IMG/VR virus record: IMGVR_UViG_3300036766_002288
Coordinates: 1 to 64,000 of that record
Strand: one strand, 5' to 3'
DNA length: 64,000 nucleotides
Source: a virus
The translations under genes were made by a program, and so were the position numbers. Shown here piece after piece: positions 1-8,693 of this stretch; position 1 is the stretch's first letter, and every line of letters starts with the position of its first letter. The notes beneath the pieces were generated by a model. The model saw only the letters and a list, made by a program, of their open reading frames with translations. It did no database searches and was not told where the DNA came from.

Positions 1-372
1 TGCTCTGAATCCTAGATTCTTAAGGAAAAGTTGTGTTGTAAGGTCACTTTCTCTTATGTTCATGCTCAACAAGCTTCTACGTGTGGGATTGAGTCTAGAT
101 TGCAGAAGCCCTACTAAATGAGTGCCGTATTTATGTCTTCTTTTGGATTCGACTACTGCTAAGTTGGTGATATAGAAATTCCCTTTATACAATTCGTAGA
201 TCATGTACCCTACGAATTCTCCATCAACTTCTGCTATCATGCCTATGCAGTTAGTTTTAACTAGTGCTTCAAGAAACTCATCTTCGGTCCAAGGATATTG
301 GAGACTTTCTTGAAGTTTGTAGACACTTGGCATGTCTCTTTTTATCATCCACCTTATATTGACCTTACCCAT
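1..372 (-). CDS. rimI: RimI-like GNAT N-acetyltransferase, paralog 1 (runs off the left edge; not in ORF track)
   Basis: Manual translation from ATG at 372: MGKVNIRWMIKRDMPSVYKLQESLQYPWTEDEFLEALVKTNCIGMIAEVDGEFVGYMIYEL...NLAV...QLFLKNLGFRA; aligns by eye with 1706-2215. Confidence 0.85.
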   Translation of the reverse strand, partial: MGKVNIRWMIKRDMPSVYKLQESLQYPWTEDEFLEALVKTNCIGMIAEVDGEFVGYMIYELYKGNFYITNLAVVESKRRHKYGTHLVGLLQSRLNPTRRSLLSMNIRESDLTTQLFLKNLGFRA

Positions 373-666
373 TTAAAGTTCTTTCCCACATATATTACAT
401 TCATAAAATGAATCATTATTGCCAGAAGGGTCTGGGTGATAAGTTTTAGACCAATGCTCGCATTTCTTTTGCCAATCTTTTATGCAACCTTTTAACTCTT
501 TGACTGTTTTATCGTATTTTATATTTTCGTCATTAATTAATTTACGTGTAATTTTGAGACCAGCCTGTACTTCTTCTATTAATTTGAGCTTTCTATACAG
601 ATGGTCAGCTATATCAGAGCCTTTGTAATCATCTACGATTTGTTTGATTAATTCTTTTGTAATCAT
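373..666 (-). CDS. hypothetical protein, coiled-coil with C-terminal CxxC
   Basis: ORF tightly packed in a minus-strand run; ends CNICGKEL. Confidence 0.6.
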   Translation of the reverse strand: MITKELIKQIVDDYKGSDIADHLYRKLKLIEEVQAGLKITRKLINDENIKYDKTVKELKGCIKDWQKKCEHWSKTYHPDPSGNNDSFYECNICGKEL

Positions 667-896
667 TTTCCAGCCAATCTCTTTCTAACATATTGGGTAA
701 CTTCGGGGTCAGTGAACCCAAGTTGACCACACGCCATCATATACTTAATCTCAAAATTAGCTTCTTTAATTTGGTAATTTAGTTTGGCATCTAGGTCGCT
801 TATGTATTTATAAGTTGGACCGCTTAACTCACCTTCTTTAGGATTGAGTTGAATTTTACTTGCCAATTGTAACGCTTCTACTATTTGTGGATTCAT
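663..896 (-). CDS. hypothetical protein
   Basis: 4-nt overlaps with both neighbours. Confidence 0.6.
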   Translation of the reverse strand: MNPQIVEALQLASKIQLNPKEGELSGPTYKYISDLDAKLNYQIKEANFEIKYMMACGQLGFTDPEVTQYVRKRLAGK

Positions 897-1150
897 ATTT
901 TACACTCCTTACAAGGTAATTCGCTATAGTCATTCCTACCGTAATAATCGCCCCCACAACATTCCCTAATTTTTCCTGTACTTTTACAGGTTTTGCACCA
1001 AGGCTTAAGATTAAGCAACTTTTTTTCTATAACTTTGTTTATAATTAGTATTTGGCATATTGAGCAAATGTCTAGTTCACTGAGTCTATCAAGTTGGGTT
1101 TTCTCTCTTTGCTTACTGCAAATGTCACAGTAATGCGTTGTCTTTTTCAT
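893..1150 (-). CDS. Cys-rich (zinc-finger-like) hypothetical protein
   Basis: CDIC, CSIC, CKTC motifs; GGAG RBS upstream. Confidence 0.6.
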   Translation of the reverse strand: MKKTTHYCDICSKQREKTQLDRLSELDICSICQILIINKVIEKKLLNLKPWCKTCKSTGKIRECCGGDYYGRNDYSELPCKECKI

Positions 1151-1208
1151 TATGACTCCTCAAATATTTAGTCATTCGTGCATATATATTATAACACAGG
1201 AGGTTAGT

Positions 1209-1367
1209 ATGTTAGACGGATGGAAGACGTATATTGCCGCTGTAGGTCTATTTGGCTTAGCCATTTACAACTTCAGCATGGGCGATTACACCACAGGCAT
1301 GACGAATCTTATGGCCGCTCTAGCCGCTTTCGGTATCCGAAATGCAATGGCTCGCTCGGGCATGTAA
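1209..1367 (+). CDS. small two-helix membrane protein (holin-like)
   Basis: GGAGG RBS then MLDGWKTYIAAVGLFGLAIY...LMAALAAFGIRNAM; two hydrophobic segments. Confidence 0.55.
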   Translation: MLDGWKTYIAAVGLFGLAIYNFSMGDYTTGMTNLMAALAAFGIRNAMARSGM

Positions 1368-1371
1368 CGAA

Positions 1372-1404
1372 ACAAAAAGGGCCGTCCGAAAGACGGCCTT
1401 TTGT
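1372..1404. terminator. bidirectional intrinsic terminator
   Basis: GGCCGTC-cgaaa-GACGGCC stem flanked by A and T tracts between convergent genes. Confidence 0.8.
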
Positions 1405-1407
1405 ATT

Positions 1408-1704
1408 TCAGTCGTCTTCTCCACCAACAACTTTGAGTCCACTCCCTGCCAAAACTAATCCTGAGCCAAACTTTGAATTATAGGCATTGAAAACTTCTTC
1501 AGCTACTTCGCCGTAGAAAATTATGTTTGAAGGATGAATAATGATTTTCTCATCCTTCAACAAGGGAGCGTAAGGTGCCATTGCTACGCCTTGTTGCGTA
1601 AATGCAAGTCTTACTGGATTTTCCAGTTCCCAATGTCCCCCTACATCCCTAGCTTTTGCCAAGATTTCTTCGCCAGTGATTAACTTAAAAAATTGTACGT
1701 TCAT
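1408..1704 (-). CDS. conserved T4-like myovirus protein (Sm-like beta fold suspected)
   Basis: KLITGEEILA...ENPVRL...YNSKFGSGLV resembles a widespread T4-like phage hypothetical family (recollection). Confidence 0.55.
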   Translation of the reverse strand: MNVQFFKLITGEEILAKARDVGGHWELENPVRLAFTQQGVAMAPYAPLLKDEKIIIHPSNIIFYGEVAEEVFNAYNSKFGSGLVLAGSGLKVVGGEDD

Positions 1705-1705
1705 A

Positions 1706-2215
1706 TTATTTATCCTCTAATTTATATTTAAAACAATACGCTGTTTCCCCATCATCATAATAGTTATCTTTGACTTTAAATGCCACAAATCCATTTGCTT
1801 TAAAGAAAAGTTGTGCTATTAAGTTGCTTTCTCTAGTCTCTAAGAATATCTTATTCCGCATTGCAGAAGATAGTTTCAATTTTAGTCTATCAATTAATTG
1901 GGTGCCAACACTGCACCCTTGATATTTAGGAAGCACTGCGAAGTTAAGGAGGTGCAGTTTTTCCTTATGTAACTCGTAAATTACGAACCCAGCTATTTCC
2001 TCACCTATTTCCGCAATCATTCCTATAACATTGCGATCTCTTAATGCATGTAGAAAGTTTTCTTCGCTCCAAGGTATTTCAAAACAAACCTGCTCCATCG
2101 CTAGCACTTCTTCCATGTCACGTCGGATAAGCCAGCGAATATGTGCAGAAACTTTTTCTTTAGTGACATTCATGGCTTTTTGAATCTCCACTTTTGGGTT
2201 TTCCCTAAACTGCAA
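1706..2215 (-). CDS. rimI: RimI-like GNAT N-acetyltransferase, paralog 2
   Basis: HIRWLIRRDMEEVL...PWSEENF...IGMIAE...NFAV...YQGCSVGTQL (acetyl-CoA loop)...AQLFFKANGF...YY. Confidence 0.9.
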   Translation of the reverse strand: MQFRENPKVEIQKAMNVTKEKVSAHIRWLIRRDMEEVLAMEQVCFEIPWSEENFLHALRDRNVIGMIAEIGEEIAGFVIYELHKEKLHLLNFAVLPKYQGCSVGTQLIDRLKLKLSSAMRNKIFLETRESNLIAQLFFKANGFVAFKVKDNYYDDGETAYCFKYKLEDK

Positions 2216-2400
2216 TTACCTACGTGCAAACAACGCTCGAACTTCTTCAGCTTACCACGTTCATCACGAAATTCAAGTGAAACTGTGGGCAATCGTCCTT
2301 CGGCATGGTAAGGATTTGTTGGTAGACCGTAAATGGTGGCTTCATATTCTCTATTACTAGCAGAAGTGTAAATTACTTTCAAGCCTATTAAATCATTCAT
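2170..2400 (-). CDS. hypothetical protein
   Basis: ORF in packed minus-strand run. Confidence 0.55.
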   Translation of the reverse strand: MNDLIGLKVIYTSASNREYEATIYGLPTNPYHAEGRLPTVSLEFRDERGKLKKFERCLHVGNCSLGKTQKWRFKKP

Positions 2401-2608
2401 TTTTGGCCTTTTTCACTTGAGACAATTTTTCTGGGAGACTTCCATTTTGAGCAAGCCATTCGTCATCCGCCTCAACATGTTTGTACTTAAAACCAACAGC
2501 TTTCAAAACGTCATGAATTTCTAAACGATGATTTTCCATAACAAGTTTGCCATCAATATACAAACCTTCCCAATCGCCACAATCGCTATCAACAAAAGTA
2601 ATCTTCAT
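2393..2608 (-). CDS. hypothetical protein
   Basis: ORF in packed minus-strand run; DWEGLYIDGKLV. Confidence 0.6.
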   Translation of the reverse strand: MKITFVDSDCGDWEGLYIDGKLVMENHRLEIHDVLKAVGFKYKHVEADDEWLAQNGSLPEKLSQVKKAKNE

Positions 2609-2867
2609 TATAAACCTCTATTTCTGATGGGTCGAACCACATAATGGCATTTCCAGGGTCGTTTTTATTGATATCTAGTATGGCACCGATCCACGCTATT
2701 GAAGTACCATAGATGTGGTAGTCAACAATAGTACCTATTTCTCCTAGATATTTATAATAAAGAACATCGTTAAGTTTGTCAGGTAAAAAGGGACCAGTAA
2801 CCCTTATGCGACTTCCAATAGGAAATGCGTTTTTGAAATCTTTCCTAAACAACCAGACATTTCTCAT
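2589..2867 (-). CDS. hypothetical protein (SH3-like beta barrel suspected)
   Basis: IGSRIRV...GEIGTIVD...WFDPSEIE pattern. Confidence 0.5.
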   Translation of the reverse strand: MRNVWLFRKDFKNAFPIGSRIRVTGPFLPDKLNDVLYYKYLGEIGTIVDYHIYGTSIAWIGAILDINKNDPGNAIMWFDPSEIEVYNEDYFC

Positions 2868-3255
2868 TGAACCCCTTTATCAATAATTCCCTAACTCGTT
2901 CATAAACGCTATTTTTCAACACCCTGTAGGCTGGATGTGGTGTTATAATTAAAGGGCCACTCCACAATTCACTCAATATTTTTTCTGCTTGTTTGCCACA
3001 TGCTACAATGGCTTCTGGCTCCCTTTTATTTATAATACTCTTTATATATTCAATATCTGGTGGTATTACAGAATTCGGTGTCTCCCCAACTATTGGAGTT
3101 GTATTTTCACATAAATCAAACTCATCTTTAACTATAATCCTAAGTCTCTGACCAGACCTTGACCTAGCCAAGGCTTTAAGCCAGCTTCTTCTTGGCCATG
3201 TTCCGCCAGCATATAGTGGCGACCATGCATTTTGTAAGAAAACAATAAATTTCAT
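2845..3255 (-). CDS. short uracil-DNA-glycosylase-fold protein
   Basis: PEAIVACGKQAE and IITPHPA match the UDG superfamily C-terminal motifs. Confidence 0.55.
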   Translation of the reverse strand: MKFIVFLQNAWSPLYAGGTWPRRSWLKALARSRSGQRLRIIVKDEFDLCENTTPIVGETPNSVIPPDIEYIKSIINKREPEAIVACGKQAEKILSELWSGPLIITPHPAYRVLKNSVYERVRELLIKGFNEKCLVV

Positions 3256-3608
3256 TTTTTGTTCTCGTATCGAAGATCGCTATTAAACAAACATGCTATG
3301 AAAACAACCACGCAATATAATGCACTTATTCCAAGTAAAATCCAGTTAAACCATTGATGCCAGGAATTACCATACATAATAAGTGCTTCATAATAACCCA
3401 TATGTGGGCTTCCGCCATGAAAGACTGAATGTAAATTAGCCCGATTGTAATAATGGCCTACATGCATAAGGATAAGAAACAATAATGGTGCTGGCCAAAG
3501 CCACTTGCAATCTGAATACTCCTTAATCAGAGGTGCAAGTGACGCAATAAACCATGTTGCGAATAAAAATAACACAGGAGTAACCCAAAATACAGAAAAA
3601 TCAGTCAT
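3252..3608 (-). CDS. membrane protein, about 3 TM helices
   Basis: three hydrophobic stretches. Confidence 0.6.
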   Translation of the reverse strand: MTDFSVFWVTPVLFLFATWFIASLAPLIKEYSDCKWLWPAPLLFLILMHVGHYYNRANLHSVFHGGSPHMGYYEALIMYGNSWHQWFNWILLGISALYCVVVFIACLFNSDLRYENKK

Positions 3609-4449
3609 AGGCCACCATAAGTTTTTTGTCTAGTTCAATAATATAATCACGTCCATACTCACCATTTTCCAAACCGTCCACTAGGTTCTGGGGTAAGTCC
3701 TGTTTGATTTCTTTGCAAAAGCTAGCTGGACCCATTGCAATAGCACAGATTGTGTCAGTATCTCCAGCAAAGTTCACGCTGTTGACTAACACTTCCGATA
3801 GGCTATCACTGCGAAGTATAGCATCAAGTGCTGCAATAACACAAGGCCAACCTTCAACTGGAATATGGGTTTTATGCTTTTCCAAAATACCTAAATTAAT
3901 GTTTACGAATTGGTTTAACCAGCCTGGCAAATCTTTTTTCCCACCTAAATTAAATCTAAAATAATGAGTCATCAACGCTGCGCATAAAGCCGAATCTCTG
4001 CCTTCTTGTGTATTGTGAGTCAAAGTGCTTTGTATGGCAGACTTAGCCTTTAATTCATCAATGTTTTCAATTAATCCTAATGGGGCGGCTCTCATTGCCG
4101 CACCAGAACGATTGCTATTGCCTTTAATGTCTCTTACAAAATCAGCACCGTTTTTGTGGTCCAGCAAGAATAAATAAAAGCCTGGGGCGTAGCCACGTCT
4201 TGGATCACGATGGAAACATTCAGTAAATTTTTCGGCAAGTCCGTAATGGTCCCACTTTTTATCTTCTAACATGAACTCAGCAACACCTAGCGTCATCTGG
4301 GTGTCGTCAGTGTAATTTCCTGGCTTGATTAGAGATGGGTTTTCCTCAAGCGTGATATAGTGCAATTTGTTCTTATTTCGAATAATCCATTTGTCGCACC
4401 ATTCGTAACAACTTCCGTATGCGTCTCCGACAGCAATTTCTAGTAGCAT
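3601..4449 (-). CDS. ADP-ribosylglycohydrolase (DraG/ARH family)
   Basis: AVGDAYG, YTDDTQMT, SGAAMRAAP, THN, GDTDT motifs; start moved to ATG 4449 after AGGAG RBS. Confidence 0.92.
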   Translation of the reverse strand: MLLEIAVGDAYGSCYEWCDKWIIRNKNKLHYITLEENPSLIKPGNYTDDTQMTLGVAEFMLEDKKWDHYGLAEKFTECFHRDPRRGYAPGFYLFLLDHKNGADFVRDIKGNSNRSGAAMRAAPLGLIENIDELKAKSAIQSTLTHNTQEGRDSALCAALMTHYFRFNLGGKKDLPGWLNQFVNINLGILEKHKTHIPVEGWPCVIAALDAILRSDSLSEVLVNSVNFAGDTDTICAIAMGPASFCKEIKQDLPQNLVDGLENGEYGRDYIIELDKKLMVAYD

Positions 4450-4478
4450 AAATTTCTCCTTTGTTCTATTATAGAAGC

Positions 4479-4972
4479 ATGAATACAAAATTCAGTCTTG
4501 TAAATGGTGCAATGATTCTAGAAATAGATCGTTTTGACGATGACCGTGGATTTTTTGAAGAATTGTATTCAAAAAAATGGAATTTAGACTTTCAATGTAT
4601 GCAAGTCAATTGCTCTCATTCTAAGAAGAATGTTCTACGTGGTATGCACGTTGCACCTTTTGCAAAACTCGTAAACTGCATTAAAGGTGCAATATTTGAT
4701 GTTGTTGTAGATGTGCGGCAAGATTCGACCACCTATTTAAAATGGTTTTACATTATACTAAATGAGGATAACCAGCGTTCATTCTACATTCCTGCTAATT
4801 GCGCGCATGGTTTTCTGGCACTAGAAGAATCTCATGTGGTTTATGCACAAGATGGCCTTTATGACCCAAAAATGGAAGCTCAATTCATTATGATTCACTA
4901 GGAATAGATTGGCCTGTTAAGGACGTGATATTATCTGAGAAAGATAAGAATGCACCTAAATTGGGTAATTAA
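4479..4972 (+). pseudogene. rmlC: dTDP-4-dehydrorhamnose 3,5-epimerase with a 1-nt frameshift near 4880
   Basis: FDDDRGFFEE, SHSKKNVLRGMH, KLVNC..G.IFDVVVDVR..S.TY, AHGFLAL; conserved tail HYDSLGIDWP..ILSEKDKNAP continues in another frame to TAA 4970-4972. Confidence 0.85.
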
Positions 4973-5354
4973 ACAAATTTAAAATAGACAATTTGTCCTT
5001 ACCACAAATAAGAATTTGATTTTTGGGTGCAGTGTGATCTTGATAAACTTCAAATCCCCTTATCCCTGAATGAACATGACCATAGTGCAATACGTCTTCA
5101 ACAGTATTTTCTTGCTTAGAAAATTCAAAAATTATTTTCCTTCCCTGTCCTATGTCCATGCCGTCTAATACAACAAGTGCAGAAATAATCTCAAAGTTTC
5201 CTATGATATAAGGCTTATCTTCTTTTGCTCTAGTAAAAGCAACTATAGAATCTAGTGTTTTATACAGAGTTACATACTTCTCTTTAATCGTATCACCTTC
5301 CGCGAAAACAAAATCCCAAGAAAAAAATTCAATATGCTCATAGAATGATTTCAT
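4956..5354 (-). CDS. hypothetical protein
   Basis: 132-aa ORF overlapping the lat stop. Confidence 0.55.
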   Translation of the reverse strand: MKSFYEHIEFFSWDFVFAEGDTIKEKYVTLYKTLDSIVAFTRAKEDKPYIIGNFEIISALVVLDGMDIGQGRKIIFEFSKQENTVEDVLHYGHVHSGIRGFEVYQDHTAPKNQILICGKDKLSILNLFNYPI

Positions 5355-6598
5355 AATATCCTTTTTATATGTTCGACAGCAAAATCTACTTCTTCTTTAT
5401 TCAGGGTAAGGTGTGGACGCAATCTAATAGATTTCTCCCCTGATTTAAGGCAAAAGAGTTTCTCATTCATTTTTCCAAGGAATGTATCTCTAACACGGGT
5501 ATCTAAAAGATCAAAAGCTATCATTAGGCCACGACCACGAACATTTTTAAGTGGTAATTCTTTCAACTGTTCCAAGAAATATTCGCCCACCACTCTTGCA
5601 TTATCAACGAGGTTATCTTCTTCAATAATTTTCAAGTATATGGTGCTACGGATCATATCGACTAAATTGCCGCCCCATGTTGAATTGATACGACCAGAAA
5701 TGTTGAAGACATTGTTTGGGATTTCGTCTATTTTGTTTGTTGTGCAAAACCCACAAACCTGTGTCTTTTTCCCGAAGCAAATCATATCTGGAATAACATT
5801 GGAATGTTGGTACGCCCACATCTTGCCTGTTAGTCCTAAGCCACATTGGACTTCATCTAGAATAAACATTGCTTCATGTTCAGTGGCTAATCGCTTGAGC
5901 GCCTGAAGATATTCAGGTCTGAAGTGGTTGTCACCCCCTTCGCCTTGGATAGTCTCAAGGATTATTGCTGCCACCTTATTAGACTTTAATGCTTCATATG
6001 CCTGATTTAAGCTAACTTGCTCAAGCCTTTCATGGTCGTATCCTTCAACAATCTTAGGATTAGCTATCCTAGTCCACCTGAACTGTGGATACCACTTAGT
6101 TTTAGTCACACCTGTATTAGTTAAAGATAATGTATAGCCACTTCTTCCATGAAAGGCTTCTGTCAAATGTATTACATCTAAGTCATTAACCTTAGAAAAA
6201 TCGTGGTAATCGTCCCAACCTAACTTCTGGGCCTTCCAGTCAAATGCGGCTTTTAAAGCATTCTCAACACCTAAAGTACCACCAGATATGAAGAAATAAT
6301 GTTTGAAATCAGAAGTGACCTTGGCAAATTCTTCTACAAACTCAAGATAAGGTTCAGTGTATACATCACTGTTTGCAATAGGATTTAGTAGTGCATAGCC
6401 AAATTTAGTTATATTTTGTTTAATTTTAGGATGATTCCAGCCCAGAGGCTGACTAGCAAATTGCGAATAAAGGTCAAGGTATTCTTTGCCTGTAACTGCG
6501 TCCACAAACCAAGAACCATGACTATTTTTAAGGTCAGCAACGTGATGGAAACCATCAACTAGGATATAGTTTTTAAGTTTTTCGTGAATTATTGACAT
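5351..6598 (-). CDS. lat: L-lysine 6-aminotransferase (class III PLP enzyme)
   Basis: YLDLYSQFAS.PLG.NHP, ISGGTLGVENALK.AFDWK, AFHGRSGYTLSLTNT, IQGEGGDNHF, DEVQ.G, FGKKTQVCG, RINSTWGGNLVDM. Confidence 0.9.
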   Translation of the reverse strand: MSIIHEKLKNYILVDGFHHVADLKNSHGSWFVDAVTGKEYLDLYSQFASQPLGWNHPKIKQNITKFGYALLNPIANSDVYTEPYLEFVEEFAKVTSDFKHYFFISGGTLGVENALKAAFDWKAQKLGWDDYHDFSKVNDLDVIHLTEAFHGRSGYTLSLTNTGVTKTKWYPQFRWTRIANPKIVEGYDHERLEQVSLNQAYEALKSNKVAAIILETIQGEGGDNHFRPEYLQALKRLATEHEAMFILDEVQCGLGLTGKMWAYQHSNVIPDMICFGKKTQVCGFCTTNKIDEIPNNVFNISGRINSTWGGNLVDMIRSTIYLKIIEEDNLVDNARVVGEYFLEQLKELPLKNVRGRGLMIAFDLLDTRVRDTFLGKMNEKLFCLKSGEKSIRLRPHLTLNKEEVDFAVEHIKRIL

Positions 6599-6599
6599 A

Positions 6600-6863
6600 T
6601 TAAATCCAACCAGTTCTGAAGGCTTGGTCTATTTCTTGTTTGGTTAAATGTCGGCCCACAAACTCAGAAAGACACTCGCAAAAATGTTTTTCTATATCTG
6701 CTAATGCCAACTTTTTATATTCCACTCCTAGTGCTGATATTTTCCTTAATGCTTCAACGTCTATACTATAATCTAGTAATTCTCCATCAACAAACAATCC
6801 TTTTACTATTTTACCATACTTATCTTTGGTTATCCTGGATTCGAACTTCTTTTTGTCTTCCAT
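6600..6863 (-). CDS. hypothetical protein
   Basis: start shortened to ATG 6863 (MEDKKKFE) to avoid overlap with the divergent glycosyltransferase. Confidence 0.55.
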   Translation of the reverse strand: MEDKKKFESRITKDKYGKIVKGLFVDGELLDYSIDVEALRKISALGVEYKKLALADIEKHFCECLSEFVGRHLTKQEIDQAFRTGWI

Positions 6864-6892
6864 TAAATAATAAAGTAAAACTCTATTATTTA

Positions 6893-7942
6893 ATGACAAA
6901 AATATTTCTTCACATCCCCAATGATACCGCGTGCAGTCTTTATAGGGGAATACTTCCATTAGCACATTGCTATAGTGAATTAACAAAGCATGATATTTGG
7001 CTTATTGGTGACAAAGCCCCTATGAAAGAAGAAGAATTCACCCATTACATATTTAATCGCATTATTAACAAAGATTTCTTTGCCCAGCATGTTGAGCAGT
7101 ATATCAGAGAAGATAAGAAATTAATATGGCAAACTGACGACGATATATGGAATATACCGCCTTGGAATCCAAGTTCCAAGTTAGTAACTCGTGACCTTAT
7201 CGAGTCAACCACTTATTTCATGCATAAATCTAAGAAAATTATTGTTAGTACAGAGCCGCTTGCTCGTTTGATAAACATGCCAGATAAAACAATTGTTTTA
7301 CCCAACTTGATTGACAAGTCCTACTTTAATATGAACTTAGAAAAAGAAGAAGGTCCAGTTAAGATAGTTTGGGCAGGGTCAGTGTCTCATGCAGATGATT
7401 TGGAAGAGATTATTGAGCCGATGATTAAGATATTGGAGAAATATAAAGAAAAGGTGTTTGCTATATTTTGGGGATATCTCCCAACTGGATTGTCGTATTT
7501 TGAACGTGAGCCTGGATTCCCACACGCAAATATAGTGCCTAAATTTCCTAATTTGTTTTATGGGGAATGGTTTGCTGGTAGGGTTTACTATCAAAAACTT
7601 ATGCAGCTTCAGACTGATATAGCTATAATGCCTATTAGTGACTGCCAATTTAACTACTCTAAGAGTAACCTAAAATATCTAGAAATGTCTATGAGTGGGG
7701 CAGCATGTATAGCCACTAAATTACCACCATATGAATGCATTAAACACAATGAAACTGGCTTATTAGTTAATCCTGGAGATAAAGACGCTTGGTTCAATTA
7801 TATGGAAGAATTGATTGAGAATAAAGATTTAAGACTTAAATTAGCTAGGAATGCACGTCAACATGCAATAGAAGAATATTCTTGGCAATGTTCTAAAAGG
7901 GACAAGTGGGTTGAAGCTTTCTTAGAAATTAGTAAATTATAA
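6893..7942 (+). CDS. glycosyltransferase, GT-B fold (GT4-like)
   Basis: QTDDDIW..P.WNP, IVST..LA, VLPN.ID, WAGSVSH..DL, DIAIMP, FN.SKSNLK.LE, TGLLV; start moved to ATG 6893. Confidence 0.85.
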   Translation: MTKIFLHIPNDTACSLYRGILPLAHCYSELTKHDIWLIGDKAPMKEEEFTHYIFNRIINKDFFAQHVEQYIREDKKLIWQTDDDIWNIPPWNPSSKLVTRDLIESTTYFMHKSKKIIVSTEPLARLINMPDKTIVLPNLIDKSYFNMNLEKEEGPVKIVWAGSVSHADDLEEIIEPMIKILEKYKEKVFAIFWGYLPTGLSYFEREPGFPHANIVPKFPNLFYGEWFAGRVYYQKLMQLQTDIAIMPISDCQFNYSKSNLKYLEMSMSGAACIATKLPPYECIKHNETGLLVNPGDKDAWFNYMEELIENKDLRLKLARNARQHAIEEYSWQCSKRDKWVEAFLEISKL

Positions 7943-8218
7943 GGATTTGTGAATCTTAACAGGGTCTTTCTGAGTTTGTTCTTTAGCGGATTCTTCACCA
8001 TCCTGCCAGAAGTATGGCTTGAAAGTCCCCCAATTTGAATATGGTTTGTTTGGGCTTACATCCTTTTCGCTCATGTATGTAATAGCGTCAGCGCCCCAGG
8101 TAATAACATCTTGTGGGCAATAATTAAATATCTGGGTATACAAAGGCGGATATAAACCCGCCTTTGCTCTTGTGGACGTAGAACTATGTTCGACAAACCA
8201 TTCTTTGAAATTTAGCAT
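7937..8218 (-). CDS. putative virion-internal protein
   Basis: N-terminus MLNFKEWFVE resembles the T4 capsid-targeting sequence. Confidence 0.55.
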   Translation of the reverse strand: MLNFKEWFVEHSSTSTRAKAGLYPPLYTQIFNYCPQDVITWGADAITYMSEKDVSPNKPYSNWGTFKPYFWQDGEESAKEQTQKDPVKIHKSL

Positions 8219-8410
8219 TACTTTTTTTCATTATCCTTGTGAATATCACCCTTCTTAAATCTCATTGCTAAAGCCTTACGCCGTGGTGTACAAGTAGACT
8301 TCGTTATAGGGGTGCAAAAACCCTTTATGGGCTGGGTTCACAGCTTTCTGAATCCAATTCTTTTCGTCCAAAGCTATCTTCGCATCATAAAATTCTTTAA
8401 AAGTTATCAT
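8218..8410 (-). pseudogene. small basic putative virion-internal protein, split by a 1-nt homopolymer indel at about 8316-8320
   Basis: MITFKEFYDAKIALDEKNWIQKAVNPAHKGF continues as CTPITKSTCTPRRKALAMRFKK..EKK if one T is removed; GGAG RBS. Confidence 0.55.
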
Positions 8411-8425
8411 TGATTACTCCTATAC

Positions 8426-8653
8426 TTGCACATATATATGCTTAAAAAATTCATAATTAAAGCTCTGGTGTTCATAAATTTGGGCGAAGGTATTATTCAT
8501 TTAGTAGTTTCCGCTGTATCCTTATGGGGAATTTATGATCTAGGAGTGTTTGATTGGCGCGTTCTCACAGCCCCAATTACTGATTTATTTTTAGGATTAG
8601 CTTCTTTATTCACAAGCTATGTTTTGAGAGATTTTGCTAATCATCAGCATTAA
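8426..8653 (+). CDS. small two-TM membrane protein
   Basis: two hydrophobic helices. Confidence 0.55.
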   Translation: MHIYMLKKFIIKALVFINLGEGIIHLVVSAVSLWGIYDLGVFDWRVLTAPITDLFLGLASLFTSYVLRDFANHQH

Positions 8654-8693
8654 ATTTAATAACGATGCATATATAACTAAAATTGGAGGTTCT

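Noticed and set aside
6704-6892. Long N-terminal extension of the GT4-like ORF (likewise 34745-34843, 4450-4488, 57516-57539)
   Set aside because: These overlap divergent genes; downstream ATGs with better context were used.
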